DNA of 63,307 nucleotides, the filler included, from Craspedostauros australis (taxonomy: Eukaryota): the NCBI GenBank assembly GCA_030167865.1. It is 10 parts of 10 records of this genome, joined end to end, with 100 filler letters (N's around TTAATTAATTAA, not from the genome) between each part and the next. Parts side by side here need not be neighbours in the genome. Positions count along the whole stretch, not along the records: positions 1 to 28,055 come from JALAGF010004839.1; 9 more parts are not named here. One strand, 5' to 3'. The translations under genes and the position numbers were made by a program. The first letter of the stretch is position 1, and each line of letters opens with the position of its first letter. This document shows, piece after piece, positions 1-11,948 of the stretch. Under the pieces are notes generated by a model, which did not search any database, had not been told where the DNA came from, and saw only the letters and a program-made list of their open reading frames with translations.

Positions 1-614
1 ACGGAAAAGGTAAGAAAAGTGAAGATTTCTGATTGGTCGACGGGTGTCGCTATTGTTAGAGATTTAGCGTGCGCTAATACTCCCGCAAGATGAAGGAGCA
101 CTACCGCTTAGCAGACACACACACACACACAAACTACCAGACAGACTAACAAGACAACACAAGATGCTGACATGAAGGTATACCCTGCAAGACCGATAGA
201 ACTGAAACCGAAGTCGGGATTGATGTCACTTGATGGGAAGAACCCGGATCTAGTTTTCCTGTTGGACGAAAAGAGACATTAATAAATATGTTGGATTTTA
301 CCGCTGCTTTGTCCGTTGGGCGTGGCCGGCGGACGCATTTCCGCCTGGTTGGCGTGGTGGCTGAATCCTTCCCGGTCGAAGTAGTACGAGAGTTCGGGAG
401 AACATCACAGAAAGGAGCAAAACACAACAAGATGGAATAGCCATAATCCGCTCAACCGATCAATTACATCAAGTTACGTACCACTCACTATACATACCTA
501 CGTTCCAATACTCCTCCTTCTGCCCTTCCTCTTCCTCTTGTTCCCACACACACTTCCATACTTACATTCGCCGACTCGGATCCATACGGAGATCCTGCTG
601 GTTTGCGACAAGGC

Positions 615-1895
615 ATGATGGGTGAATCAAACCCAACAGACGCGGATAAAGGAAGGAAACGGCGAGCATCCCGAAAGACGAAGAGCAAGTCATGGCTGCA
701 GCCATCATCCTTTGCCGTGCTCATCGTCACCGTCATCCTCAACTTGGTGCTTGGGAACGCGCGCACCGGGATGATCTTCTCCACCACGACCATGCAGCAG
801 TACGTTGGTCGAGAGTGTGCCATGAACTCGACGGCCGATCATGCAGAAGGTACTGCGGGGCACCAAGCCGAAGTGGTCGAATCATCCGAGCACACACCCA
901 GGATGCTGATGGAACCGGGTCGGGTCTACGTGACCGGGAGGCACAGCAAGATCATCACGTTGTGCCTGTTCCCCGACTTTAATTTCAGCGGCGATTGGAA
1001 GGAGGAGACGCCGCTGACTCCCAACGACATTGTGGTGTACGGTATGCACTCCCCACTGCCTGGAGATGGCAAAATGCTGTGGGGCAAGGAAGCCAAGCAG
1101 AAGCCTGACAGCCAGCGTCCCGGCAAGATCCTGTTCCACAACGCCGAGGCGTTCGGCGATATTTGGGAAAAGTTCTCGCCGCAGGACATCGGCGACCGCT
1201 TCTATCAAATCGGTCCCATCTCGCATCTGCAGCGAAACAACTCGTACCGGATGCATCTCATGACGAGAGTGGCGCAGGCCAGGCCCTCGCCCGACGTGGA
1301 TCCGATCTTGCACCCGGAGATTGGCGTGCGCCGAAACTCCACGCGTCAAATCAATGGCGTGTTGTACAAGCACAGCCAATGCATCGCCTTTCGCAACAGG
1401 GCCGCACGACGGTTGTCGGAATTCCTCGATGTCTATCACGGCAAGTGCAAGCCCAGCGTGCCGATGCGCAACAACAGCCTATTTCCCGACACCGCGCTGG
1501 GAGACAGGCAGAGCTTCCACGACAACTTCCAGACGATGGGCCAATACAAATACTGCTTGGTCATGGAGAATACGGTTGGCCGGGCGGGATACATCACCGA
1601 GAAGTTGTTGAACGGCTTCCTTGGCGGATGCCTGCCGATCTACACAGGTTCCCGCATCGTTCACGACATCTTCAATCCAAAGTCGTTCGTCTACTACGAC
1701 ATCACCAGACCAGACGAAGCGCTCGATCTGATTCGGCGCATGGAGGCCAATGAGTCGCTGTACAATGAGTACAACAACGCCCCGCTCTTCCTTGATCCCG
1801 AACGCAGCGTGAACCAATACTTCTCCGTTTGCGACGGCGTGGGAGATGGATCTCTGAAGCGCAAGATCCGTCAAATGATGAAGATCGAAGAGTAG
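615..1895 (+). CDS. Glycosyltransferase family 10 (alpha-1,3/4-fucosyltransferase), type II membrane protein
   Basis: Intronless ORF from ATG 615. Basic N-tail, then a TM segment (FAVLIVTVILNLVLG). GT10 signature YKYCLVMENT...GYITEKLLNGFLGGCLPIYTG and FNPKSFV. Confidence 0.88.
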   Translation: MMGESNPTDADKGRKRRASRKTKSKSWLQPSSFAVLIVTVILNLVLGNARTGMIFSTTTMQQYVGRECAMNSTADHAEGTAGHQAEVVESSEHTPRMLMEPGRVYVTGRHSKIITLCLFPDFNFSGDWKEETPLTPNDIVVYGMHSPLPGDGKMLWGKEAKQKPDSQRPGKILFHNAEAFGDIWEKFSPQDIGDRFYQIGPISHLQRNNSYRMHLMTRVAQARPSPDVDPILHPEIGVRRNSTRQINGVLYKHSQCIAFRNRAARRLSEFLDVYHGKCKPSVPMRNNSLFPDTALGDRQSFHDNFQTMGQYKYCLVMENTVGRAGYITEKLLNGFLGGCLPIYTGSRIVHDIFNPKSFVYYDITRPDEALDLIRRMEANESLYNEYNNAPLFLDPERSVNQYFSVCDGVGDGSLKRKIRQMMKIEE

Positions 1896-2206
1896 GCAGT
1901 ACGAGCGACGAGCAAAGGTCGATAGGGGGTGGGTCCGTGCTCTAGTGTGGCATACACGTCCCAGGGCGAGAGTTTAGCATCGTCCATGTTACAGTGCCTC
2001 CATAGATCGTGCACTTTGAGACAGTTATTGTGTGGCAGACATAAGACCCCGTTGCAGATAAACCTCATATGCCCCATCGAGAGACCTCGTGAGGAGCTCG
2101 AGGTTTGTTGTCTCTAAACACAATATACGACACCATTATAACAACCAAGATCTTTGACCCACCACGTTGATGTAGTTCAATGTGTCTGTTGCTATCCAAG
2201 TGCGCA

Positions 2207-4072
2207 TCAATTTGGACATGAAATCTGATACGAAGTCAAAGCAAAGCTCCGCAAATAGTCGGGAATCAAGATCATACCATCATCATCAATGGGAGGAAAG
2301 TCCTCCGTCGAGAGATGAGGACGGACGTAAGTGACCGGCGCACATGCGAATGGCGGTACTCTGCAACCATCGACCCCGAATTGAATCCCTGTGTTCTCTT
2401 CGTTGTCACGCATTGCGGACGTCACCACATGGACCTGTTGGTTGGTGGGCGTGGAAATGGAAATGGACGAGGAAGCAGAACAGTCCAAGGATGTGTCGAT
2501 GGCTGACATCAAATCGCCGTAGGCCGAACCTTTCAAATCGACAATCGATATCGGTGGACAGGCGGGTTGTAGGTGAGAACAAGCACCATCGTTGGTGTCT
2601 GCACCGTCTTCTGTTGCGCACTGCTGCGTGTTGTACAACATCCCCGTTCTGGACAAGAACGTTGGTGGCATGTACGTGCGGAAGAAGATCACCGTTCCCG
2701 TTTCGCTCACTGATTCCGCCGTTGCTGTTGCTACGACTGATGTTGACAATGAAGATGACACGAGGATTTTCCCGATGCCACCTTGATGCAATACTCCGTA
2801 CAGCGCAAAGAGGATGGTGTTGAAGAGGACAAAGACGATGCCGTGAGGCAGACCCAATTCGTAGCGACTCGCTAACGCTGTCACCGGGATCACCAACGGC
2901 AGCAAGAATCGCGGTTCCTGATGGGGTGCAAGAGACAGCAAGCCAAGACCAGACATAAGTGTCCACTTGCACAAGGATGTTGCAGTCATTGCTCGCGCAT
3001 CTCCGTCGTTTTCCCGTGTCGCAAGGAACCGTTGATGGCCAGGAATGAAAGCCGCGTAGGCGAGCAGAGTGCCAGGTCCGTACAAAATGAACATGTTGAC
3101 CAAAGCGTGCGTCCATCTTGGATGTAGACCGTGGTCCTGCAAGTTGGAGACCTTGGAATTGTATCGGAATGCGTTCCACGGCGTGACGATTGCTGCATCC
3201 ATGATGCCGCTGTCAGTGGCAACTGCTGACGGGCGATCCAAACCGAGCTGCTGTCTCACGAGATAAAATTGCGTATCGCAATAAATGAGAATGGCAGACG
3301 TAATACCGAAGGATAGTGCTGCTGACCCAATGATGCACGCAGATCTCCACATGGCATGGTGCTTGTCGTCGTTCCTTCGTCTTGAGATGTTGCTGCGAGC
3401 GTCGCTGCTATTGTTGCTTCTCGCATGATCGTCCGTCGACGTCCGAAGGAAATGGATTCCCGACGGTAACGCAAAGCAGACGAAGGTGAAGCGAGTGAAG
3501 AGTCCCAAGGCGCACAGGCCACCGATGCAAATTGAATTCGCGATCGTTCGCTGCTGCAACGTCGCAGAGAGCAGCAGGGCCAGCGTGCATGCCTCCAATG
3601 TGTTTGTGAAAGGCCGAGAAAGGAAGATGTACGAAGTCCATGAGACCGAATGGAGTAGAAGCATTGGAGGTAGGCCTTTCCATGACGGACCCTTCTTCCC
3701 ATCTTTGGATCCAGTTTGTTTTAGTCTCCTCGAAAGCATCCACAAGCTGCAATCCATGGCGGCGACGGATAGCAGCGCGCACATCATGCGTGGGATGACC
3801 AGCACCTCGATTCCGGACAGCTGCGACATCGGCCTTCCCAGCAGCCTTGAGTAGATGACCAACGGGAGCCATGTCATGAGGTACGGTGGATAGACGGAGC
3901 GCAGCGCATTGCTGGGATCGAACTCCCAAGGAACTGTTGGCGGACAACCGAACCACAGTTCTTGACCGCCTTGGAAGAATTCATCCGGATGGATGTATCC
4001 CAACAGCCACGGGCAACACGTCACCCGGATGAGCACGGAGACGAGGTAGACAATCCACGATGCCCTGAACAT
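2207..4072 (-). CDS. PIGZ: GPI mannosyltransferase 4 (PIG-Z/Smp3-like, GT22 family)
   Basis: Multi-TM ORF with first plausible ATG at 4072 (MFRASW). Motifs GYIHPDEFFQ, PWEF...ALRS, SRPFTNTLE, GLFTRFTF, NLQDHGLHPRWTH, HQEPRFLLPL, YGVLHQGG, FFRTYMPP, PHLSTED. Confidence 0.85.
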   Translation of the reverse strand: MFRASWIVYLVSVLIRVTCCPWLLGYIHPDEFFQGGQELWFGCPPTVPWEFDPSNALRSVYPPYLMTWLPLVIYSRLLGRPMSQLSGIEVLVIPRMMCALLSVAAMDCSLWMLSRRLKQTGSKDGKKGPSWKGLPPMLLLHSVSWTSYIFLSRPFTNTLEACTLALLLSATLQQRTIANSICIGGLCALGLFTRFTFVCFALPSGIHFLRTSTDDHARSNNSSDARSNISRRRNDDKHHAMWRSACIIGSAALSFGITSAILIYCDTQFYLVRQQLGLDRPSAVATDSGIMDAAIVTPWNAFRYNSKVSNLQDHGLHPRWTHALVNMFILYGPGTLLAYAAFIPGHQRFLATRENDGDARAMTATSLCKWTLMSGLGLLSLAPHQEPRFLLPLVIPVTALASRYELGLPHGIVFVLFNTILFALYGVLHQGGIGKILVSSSLSTSVVATATAESVSETGTVIFFRTYMPPTFLSRTGMLYNTQQCATEDGADTNDGACSHLQPACPPISIVDLKGSAYGDLMSAIDTSLDCSASSSISISTPTNQQVHVVTSAMRDNEENTGIQFGVDGCRVPPFACAPVTYVRPHLSTEDFPPIDDDGMILIPDYLRSFALTSYQISCPN

Positions 4073-4553
4073 GCCCAAGAACTGAATGTTGACTTGATGT
4101 GCGGCGACGGTGCCTACGAGTATGGTGGCTGTGGCGATGCCTGGTCGAGCGGATCCACGGCAGAAATACAAGGAACACCGCACCCAGCAAGGAGGATGGC
4201 GATCATTGTGCTGATGTGTTGGAACATGTCTCTGTGTGTGATGTGTGCAGCGTGACAAGCACGGAAGATGCGATCACATCGCGTTGAAGTAACAATTGCA
4301 TTAGTCGTGGATAACTGTAATCACGAACTAGTCGTGCCTCGCACCATCCCTCGATCGATCAATCTAGAGAGAGCAGAGCGCTGCAGATGCAGAGTATTGC
4401 AGGTAAGTCAACTGCGATCCTCTCACATGATCGAAGGTATAATGCTATTATACCTATTACACATAGCTCAGCTGAAGCCAATTAATGCGGATTACTGTAC
4501 TGCAGCGTGATGTTGTGCATCAGTGGGAAGAGTTGGAATGCATCCTGTACACG

Positions 4554-7500
4554 TTACAGCATGCTTGGAAGGGAAGGTTCAGATGGATGCGATCCGTTGA
4601 CCAGCCCATCGTTGTCTGATATTTGATCGTCGTTGTCGAAGTCATCGTCGAAGTCATCATCGTCATCGTCATTGCCTTCCACCAACGTATCTCGAGCGTA
4701 ATCCTCCATCGCAATGTCGATGAATGCTTCATCCCGTTCGCGCGTGACTCTGACAAAGTATGGGACCGACGGATCGGCGCTCTGCGCATAATCAAATGTC
4801 GCAACATCCGCATCCATCAGGTATCCTTGCACAACTGCTTCGCTGATGGCATCCTCCAGCACGCGTTGCACCGCCCTGCGCATGGGACGCGCACCAAATT
4901 TGCTGGCGGCGTGGCTGCCTTCCTGCACCGTCTGCTTCAGCAGCTCGGACGTCACGTTGATGTCCACATTGCGCTCGTACTTCGCCCGTGCCGCAATTTC
5001 CACCACCATCAGTGCCGCGATCAACGACAGCTCTTTGTACAGCAACGGCTGGAAGATTATGATGTCGTCGATGCGGTTCAGAAATTCTGGTCTCATCTGT
5101 GATTCTAGTTCACGTTTCACGACCCTTGTGAGTTTGGTGTAGAGCTGCGTCTGCGTCTGTGATGAGCTGGCGCTGCCACCCTTGCCGCCATTCGTCTGCT
5201 GCGCATTCGATTTTCGTTTGGATTTGTCCACCAATGCCAACACCTTCTGGCTGCCGATGTTGGATGTCATGATGAGCACCGAGTTCTTGAACGAGACAGT
5301 TCGCCCTTTTCCGTCAGTGAGAATACCATCCTCCATGACTTGGAGCAGCAGATTCAGCACATCGCCATGCGCCTTCTCCATCTCGTCGAATAGAACCACA
5401 GAATGCGGCGCCCTTCGAATTGCTTCTGTCAGCTGGCCACCTTCCTCCTGTAGTTACGAAAGATGTTCGTTTCGTTCCGTCATTTGAGTAGAGTCCCGCT
5501 GGTCAGAGGATGTGGGACAGAGCGCAGCATTGTTGCGGTGAGTGGGACGGAAGTCCAGCAAGGGCGTTCGGCACAGCATCGCAACGTCGTATCATAGTCT
5601 CTTGCATAGATGGGTAGGAGCGCAACACCAGCATTCCAATTCATACAAGGTGGACTTGCAACGCAGTTACAACGAGAGAGCATCCCCGACAACGACGACG
5701 ACCACGACCATTCATACTTACATATCCGGCGTATCCTGGTGGTGGTCCTGTGAGACGGCTGACTGCATGCTTCTCCATGTATTCCGAGCAATCGATGCGG
5801 ATCAAGTCCCTCTCCGAACCAAAGTATGTGTCGGCCAAAGTCTTGCAAAGCTCCGTCTTGCCCGTCCCCGTCGGACCGCAGAACAGGAAGGATGCTGTTT
5901 CATCCATTATGTGAATTGCATTTGCGTTGGCACATACACGCAGTCAGGCATGGTACACGCGTGATTGCGTCCGTGGGTTCAAATGGAACAGAGTACCCGT
6001 GTGAGATAGCGGGTTGACGAAAACTCAATGAAAACTCATGTGTCCCCATTCAATGTCGAATTCGATCGGGACCGAATCAGAATGCACCTCCACGTACACG
6101 CTGCCAAATACGCAGACCGACAGCAACAGTGGCAATACCAATACCATGGCGATAATGACGATGGCGTCGATGAAAACAAGTAGCAAATCTCTCACACTCA
6201 CCAATTGGGCGCCTCGGATTCCGAATCCCCGTGCGCGCTCGGCGAATGGCCTTGGCGACGGATCGGATGGCGCGTTCCTGTCCCTTCACACGTCGTGTCA
6301 AGTTGTCTTCCAGATGCTGCAATCGGCTCATCTCGCCCATCTCCAATTTGCCGACAGGGATGTTGGACCATTCGCTGATGACGTTGGTGATTTGGGTCTC
6401 GTCAACGACGGGATCTTGCACATCTGTGTCCCTGCGGGACAATGTCGCCAACGCACCGGCCTCATCCAGCACATCAATCGCTTTGTCCGGGAGGAAGCGA
6501 TCATTGATGTACCGATCCGACAGCTTGGCGGCTGCTTCGATGCTCTGTGGCGTAAATTCGACACGGTGGTGAGATGCGTAGAATGGGACCAACGCTTTCA
6601 GGATGTCGATAGTTTGCTCCACCGACGGCTCCTTGATGAGCACGGGTTGCAACCGACGTTCCAAGGCCGGGTCCTTGGAAATGAAGCGGTTGTACTCCGT
6701 GATGGTCGTCGCGCCCACGACCTGCAGCTGACCGCGTGCCAGGTAGGGCTTGAGCATGTTGGAGGCATCCATTCCACCATCCTCCGTCGAACCTGCCCCG
6801 ATCAGCGTGTGAATTTCATCCAAAAACAAGATGATGGGCCGCGATGCGCTCTCCTGAATCAGCTCCTCGATGAGGATGCGGAAGCGTTCCTCGAATTCGC
6901 CTCGGTACTTGCTGCCCGCGAGGATGGCAGCCACCTGCGTGGAGATCATGCGATGGCCTCTGAGGATGATGGGGCAGGCATCGGATACCAGCAGCTGTGC
7001 CAAGCCTTCCGCGATGGCCGTCTTGCCCACTCCGGCCTCACCGATCAAGCAGATGTTGTTCTTTCGCCGTCTTGCCAAGATGCGCAAACAGTTCGTCAGT
7101 TCGGTGTCGCGCCCGTGCACAACGTCCAATTCACCATCTCTGGCTTGCTGTGTCATGTCGACGCCGAATTCATCCAGGAAGGCAGTGCTCTGTCCACCAG
7201 ATGGTTGCTTATCCGCCCCGCCGTTGCTGCCGCTGCTGATCTTGGTGTTGGCATTGATTTTGGACCGGTTGACGCTTCCTTTGGGCGCTGACGTTGCGGA
7301 TTGCGTGGATAGCTCGCCAATCTCCTCTGCGGTCAGCTCGTCCGTAGTAGGCGCCTCGATCGTCTTGGATGCCACGTCTGCCCTCGCGGCAGATGCTGTC
7401 GCAGGTGGGTTCCGTTTCCTCATCATCTTGACTGCCTTGGGCGGTTCCGCCCTCGCGGGTCGATCACGGCCCTTCGCGAGCTCGTCCAACAGGAAGGTGC

Positions 7501-8203
7501 AGATCGCGTTTGGTTGATACGTCGCATTGAGATGGTGTATCAGCCGAATTGCCTCATTTGGAATGTCATCATGATTCTGGGCATCAGACTGTTGCCGCGC
7601 TGTTTGGCTGCCTTGATCACTTTCATCGTATTCCAGCAACGACAGCAGGATATGCTCGGACCCGATGGACGTGGATCCCATCGCTTCGGCGATACTACCA
7701 GCACCATGCAACGACGTCTGCATGGAGATTGCGCACGGTATGTCCTGTGACGATTTGAAATCCGAGAGCATTTTCTTTCGGGTGCGCTGCGAGGGATCCA
7801 TGTCTTTGTACGCTCGCAGCAACGTCTTCGTTTGCAGGTCGTACCGTTCCAACGTCGAACGCGCTTTGCCTGGATGCTGACACAGTCCCAGCAACAAGCA
7901 GGCATTGTCGATTTGATCCTTTCGCAATGCATGCGCGTGAGTTTGGGCGACGTCCAACGCCTTCGCGCAGTCCTCGGATAACCTCGTGAAGACGATGGCA
8001 CGCCGTTGCGAATGGAAGCTGCGTCGGTACGAGTACGAAGGAACCGTGAGGGGCTGTCGTCGGAACCACGGTGGTGACAATGATGCCTGTTCTCGTGTGC
8101 TGTGTCCGTGCATGGCATGGTGAGACGTCTTGGGCGCGAATGCAAGAACTGGTGCAGATGCGATCATCATAGCCACCACCATCATCATCATCATCATCAT
8201 CAT
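4554..8203 (-). CDS. Plastid-targeted Hsp100/Clp AAA+ chaperone (Clp-N + NBD1 + NBD2), 3 exons
   Basis: Exons 8203-6202, 5894-5722 and 5447-4554, joined in frame by GT-AG introns ([35 protein letters not shown]). Both Walker A/B pairs are present ([29 protein letters not shown]), with pore loop AGSKYRG and sensor-2 GARPMRR. Presequence ...[12 protein letters not shown]. Alternative start at ATG 8284. Confidence 0.9.
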
Positions 8204-9221
8204 CGTTGTCGTAATCGCTGCCGCTGTGGCAAGCGACGTTGCGGTCAGCGTTGGTGAGATGATATCCCTCGATGTCGATCTCATGTTTGCTGCTGTGTGT
8301 GCGCAGGAGCCGTTGTCGTGGATCACGGTGACTCCCAATTCGATTCAGTTTGACACCTCGCAGGTTGATTCAGAGCCCTGATCCACGTCGATGGTCAGTA
8401 GATGGAGTAGATTGCGACGTTGGTGGATCGGTGTCTTCCTTCCTCACAGAACACTGGCGCCAACATCATTGCCATCACGAGAGAGGAGTGTTCGTCGCGT
8501 CGCCCATCAAAGAAGGCCCCTCATCGTTTGTCTCCAAAAAATGATCTTTGTTCCTCACATTTTTTGATGGGTTGTTGGCATCGCACGGTATCACGACAGA
8601 CAGAAGAGGAGACGAAATCGATTCATTCGACTTTCTGTCATCGAACGGAGGAACTATCATCCCACAACGCCCAATGGGCTTTCGAGCCGTTGGAGCCGCA
8701 TGTTTCGCGTATCCCTAGCGTGAACCTCAATTTATGGTGAATATTGTGTTGAATCAGGCTTATTCTTCACGTTTACGACTAGGGCTCATACATCAGAAGG
8801 TATCCAATTGCTCCCTTCGTTTCTCCGTCGAACAACTCATTCTCGCGCGCAAAAAAGCACAAATGTCTTCTTGTTGGTTGTTGTGCCAGAAGCGCCAAAG
8901 CCCAACAGAGGATCGCCAGATCTCCATCCAACACCCTTTCGGCACCGTTTGCGCGGGCGAACGAAAAGTCGCTGCGGCAGAACACAAACTATCCAAAGTA
9001 CTCCGGCGCTGAACTATGAGAGAGAGAGAGAGAGAGGTAGCGTGACCATCACAGCTCGACATCATCTGTGGAGAGAGCAGAGTAGCTCAAGACACACTCT
9101 GCACGGCAAGCAACAAGACAACAAGACAAACGAATAAGCACATAAAACAAGAACCTTGTCCAGGCCAAAACAATCAGCAGCCACATTGAGTTCTCCATCA
9201 ATTTGCTCGCACAAGTGTTCC

Positions 9222-9266
9222 TACTCAGACTCATACTCATACTCATACTCATACTCATACTCATAC
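9222..9266 (+). repeat. (TACTCA)n hexanucleotide microsatellite just upstream of LRR gene 1
   Basis: About 7 tandem TACTCA/GACTCA units before ATG 9285. Confidence 0.8.
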
Positions 9267-9284
9267 CCACGCTCATACAACACG

Positions 9285-11601
9285 ATGTCCCGACCATACA
9301 GCGACAACCCAGGCTACGCCACGAGGCATTCGTACGATGTGGACTTGGATCCGGAATCGGACGAAGACAGCGCAAGCGAGAACGACGATTCCAACCTTCG
9401 CGCCCGCGCCCGCAACACCGGCTTTGGTTCTGGCGGCTTCGGCTCCGGCAGCTACCGCGACTCTCCCGATGACGACGATTCCGTGAAGGAGTCCGCCATG
9501 GCGAATGCCCGTCGCTTCCTGATTGACGGCGACGACGACTCGCACAGCCCGGACGCGTCGGGCGGCTTTGGTGCGCGCACGACGAGCGGACGTCTAGGCA
9601 ACCGCCGCGATCCCTTCCAGGTCGATCAGCGCGTCAACCTCATGGACATGAACCGCAGCGGCATGCCGACGAACCTGTCCGGCACCGTGTCGCGCAAGAC
9701 CAAGAGCCGCGGTGGCATTATGGGCATGTTCCGCGACAACGACGACGTCGAAGCCAAAGCCGGGACGCATCTTTCGGGCGCCGCCTACAGAGATGGAGTC
9801 TACAACGACGCTGCTGGATCTGCGCCGGAGGACATGGAGGAGTACCTCGCCTCGAAGCACCATCGGACGGTCCCCGTGCTGGGCTCCTGCCTGCACAATC
9901 GACGCATCTGGTGCATGGCTGTCGTCGCGGTCGTCGTGGTCGTGCTCGGACTTCACCTGACTGGCGGAGCCGACGAGGGCGTGGCGCCGAAGCAGGCCGA
10001 CACATGGGAGAATCACGTGGACAGAGAGCGCTACGAGAAGGCGCTCGGCAACATGCAGACCGACAACATCCTCACTGAGGAAACGAACGCCTTCATGACG
10101 TTGCAAGGCACGCCGCAGAACAAGGCGTTGCGATGGGTCGTGGCCCAGGATCCCTTGAAGCTCGACGTCAGCAGCGAGGAGTTCCGATTGCGGTACCTCT
10201 ACTGTGTCATCTACTACGGCACGGGAGGCGAGAAGACGTGGAAGGCGGACAAGAGCAAGAACTGGCTCACCGAGAAGCACGTCTGCGACTGGGACGGAGT
10301 CTCCTGCAACACGTCGCAAGAACCCTTGCAGCTCAATCTCACCGATTTCGGTTGCAGCGGTCCGTTGCCTCTCGAGGTCCTGGACTTGGATGTGGACACT
10401 CTGGATCTCACCAACAACAGGCTGGAGGGGTCCCTGCCACGCGAACTTGGCAAGAGCAACATCGTCAATCTCATTCTGGGAGGCAACCTGTTCGTCGGGG
10501 CCATCCCGCCCGAACTTTCCCGCAGTCAGGCTCTGCGCAAGTTGAGTTTGGAGAACAACCGACTTTCCGGCACCCTGCCGCTGGAGTTGGCCATGCAACA
10601 TCCACCAAAGATGACCACCATCAACCTTGGTGGCAACAACCTGAAGGGCCGCATTCCAGATTTTTCCATTTACACAGATATGGGTACGTTGGTGACAACT
10701 CTGCGGTAGTTCGCCTGTGTTTGTGTTCGTGCCTGTGCGCGTGTGGGCGGGTGGACGGATGAAGTTATGCAACCCAACTCAACTCATCTCATCTCACATT
10801 CTCCATTATTCCTGTGCTTGTTCCCCATGTTCGAACATTCCTTGCGTATGTTTTGTCGCAGAGTACCTCATGTTGGATCGCAACGAGCTCTCTGGTCCCG
10901 TCCACAAGAACTTGGGTGTGCTATCCAACCTCCGTGAATTGAGGCTCAATCAAAACCATCTGACGGGAACCATCCCTCGCTCTCTCACGACCATGTCGAA
11001 CCTCAAGATCCTTGATCTTTCCGAAAACAAGATCCATGGTCACATCCCCGACATCATTGCGAGCCTCTTCAACCTCCAGGAACTCATCCTGTTCGACAAC
11101 AACCTGACCGGCAACCTCCCTGTTCATCTCCTGGACGACAAGAACCACATGCTGCGAGATATGCAGCTGCAGAAGAACAAGCTGAGCGGTGGCATCGCAC
11201 CTGGCATCCGCAACCTCGTCGCGTTGCGCACTCTGCGTTTCGATGACAACGGGATCACCGGCCCCATCCCCAAGACATTCGCCGAAATGACCGAACTCGA
11301 GGAGCTTCGATTGAACGACAATGAGATGACGGGCCAAATCCCAAGCGAACTCGGCGCCATGACGAAGCTCGAGCGGCTCCATCTGGAGCACAACGGATTG
11401 AAGGGATTCATCCCGTCGGAATTGGGTGGCATGGTCGCGATGCAGTCGCTGCGCGTGCATGAGAACCGATTGACAGGATCCATGCCCAATCAAGTGTGTG
11501 ATATTCCGGGCATCCTGTACATCTCCGCCAACTGCGATGGCAAGCACGCGATCCAGAAGGAGCCATACGTCGAGTGCGAGTGCTGCACACGCTGTTTCTA
11601 A
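9285..11601 (+). CDS. LRR receptor-like protein 1 (type II TM, plant-type LRRs, Cys-rich C-cap), 2 exons
   Basis: Exons 9285-10683 and 10862-11601, with a GT..CAG phase-1 intron. TM segment WCMAVVAVVVVVLGL, N-cap TPQNKALRWV...RY...W...CDWDGVSC, repeats LxLxxNxLxGxIPxxL, C-terminus VECECCTRCF. No kinase domain. Confidence 0.9.
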
Positions 11602-11948
11602 ATACTCATAAGGCAGACGCACGGTTGACGATGATCAGCATCGTCGACGTTGATGAAAGGCAGAATGAGCGAGAGACCAACCTCACGCAGAACGCCCACT
11701 CCTACAAAGTGTAACATTAGCAATGCATGTAATACAACCTTCATGTCGCTGGTGCATTCGAGATGTAAATCTGTGCGTGTGTGTTTCTCTCTCTCTGTCT
11801 CTCTCCACATGCTTGTTCATGTAGTACATACTATTATATGTGATTACGGCAACGCAGAATAGAATTCTTCGTTCGTCTCGCCCGACCGCTTGCATTCAGC
11901 GCGCGATCTGTCCAATCTGCCTTGCACCCCTGACATTGCTTGCCAACT

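Noticed and set aside
615..4072. Fucosyltransferase plus mannosyltransferase as a glycosylation gene cluster
   Set aside because: They act in different pathways (Golgi fucosylation vs ER GPI synthesis); convergent adjacency in a compact genome is unremarkable.
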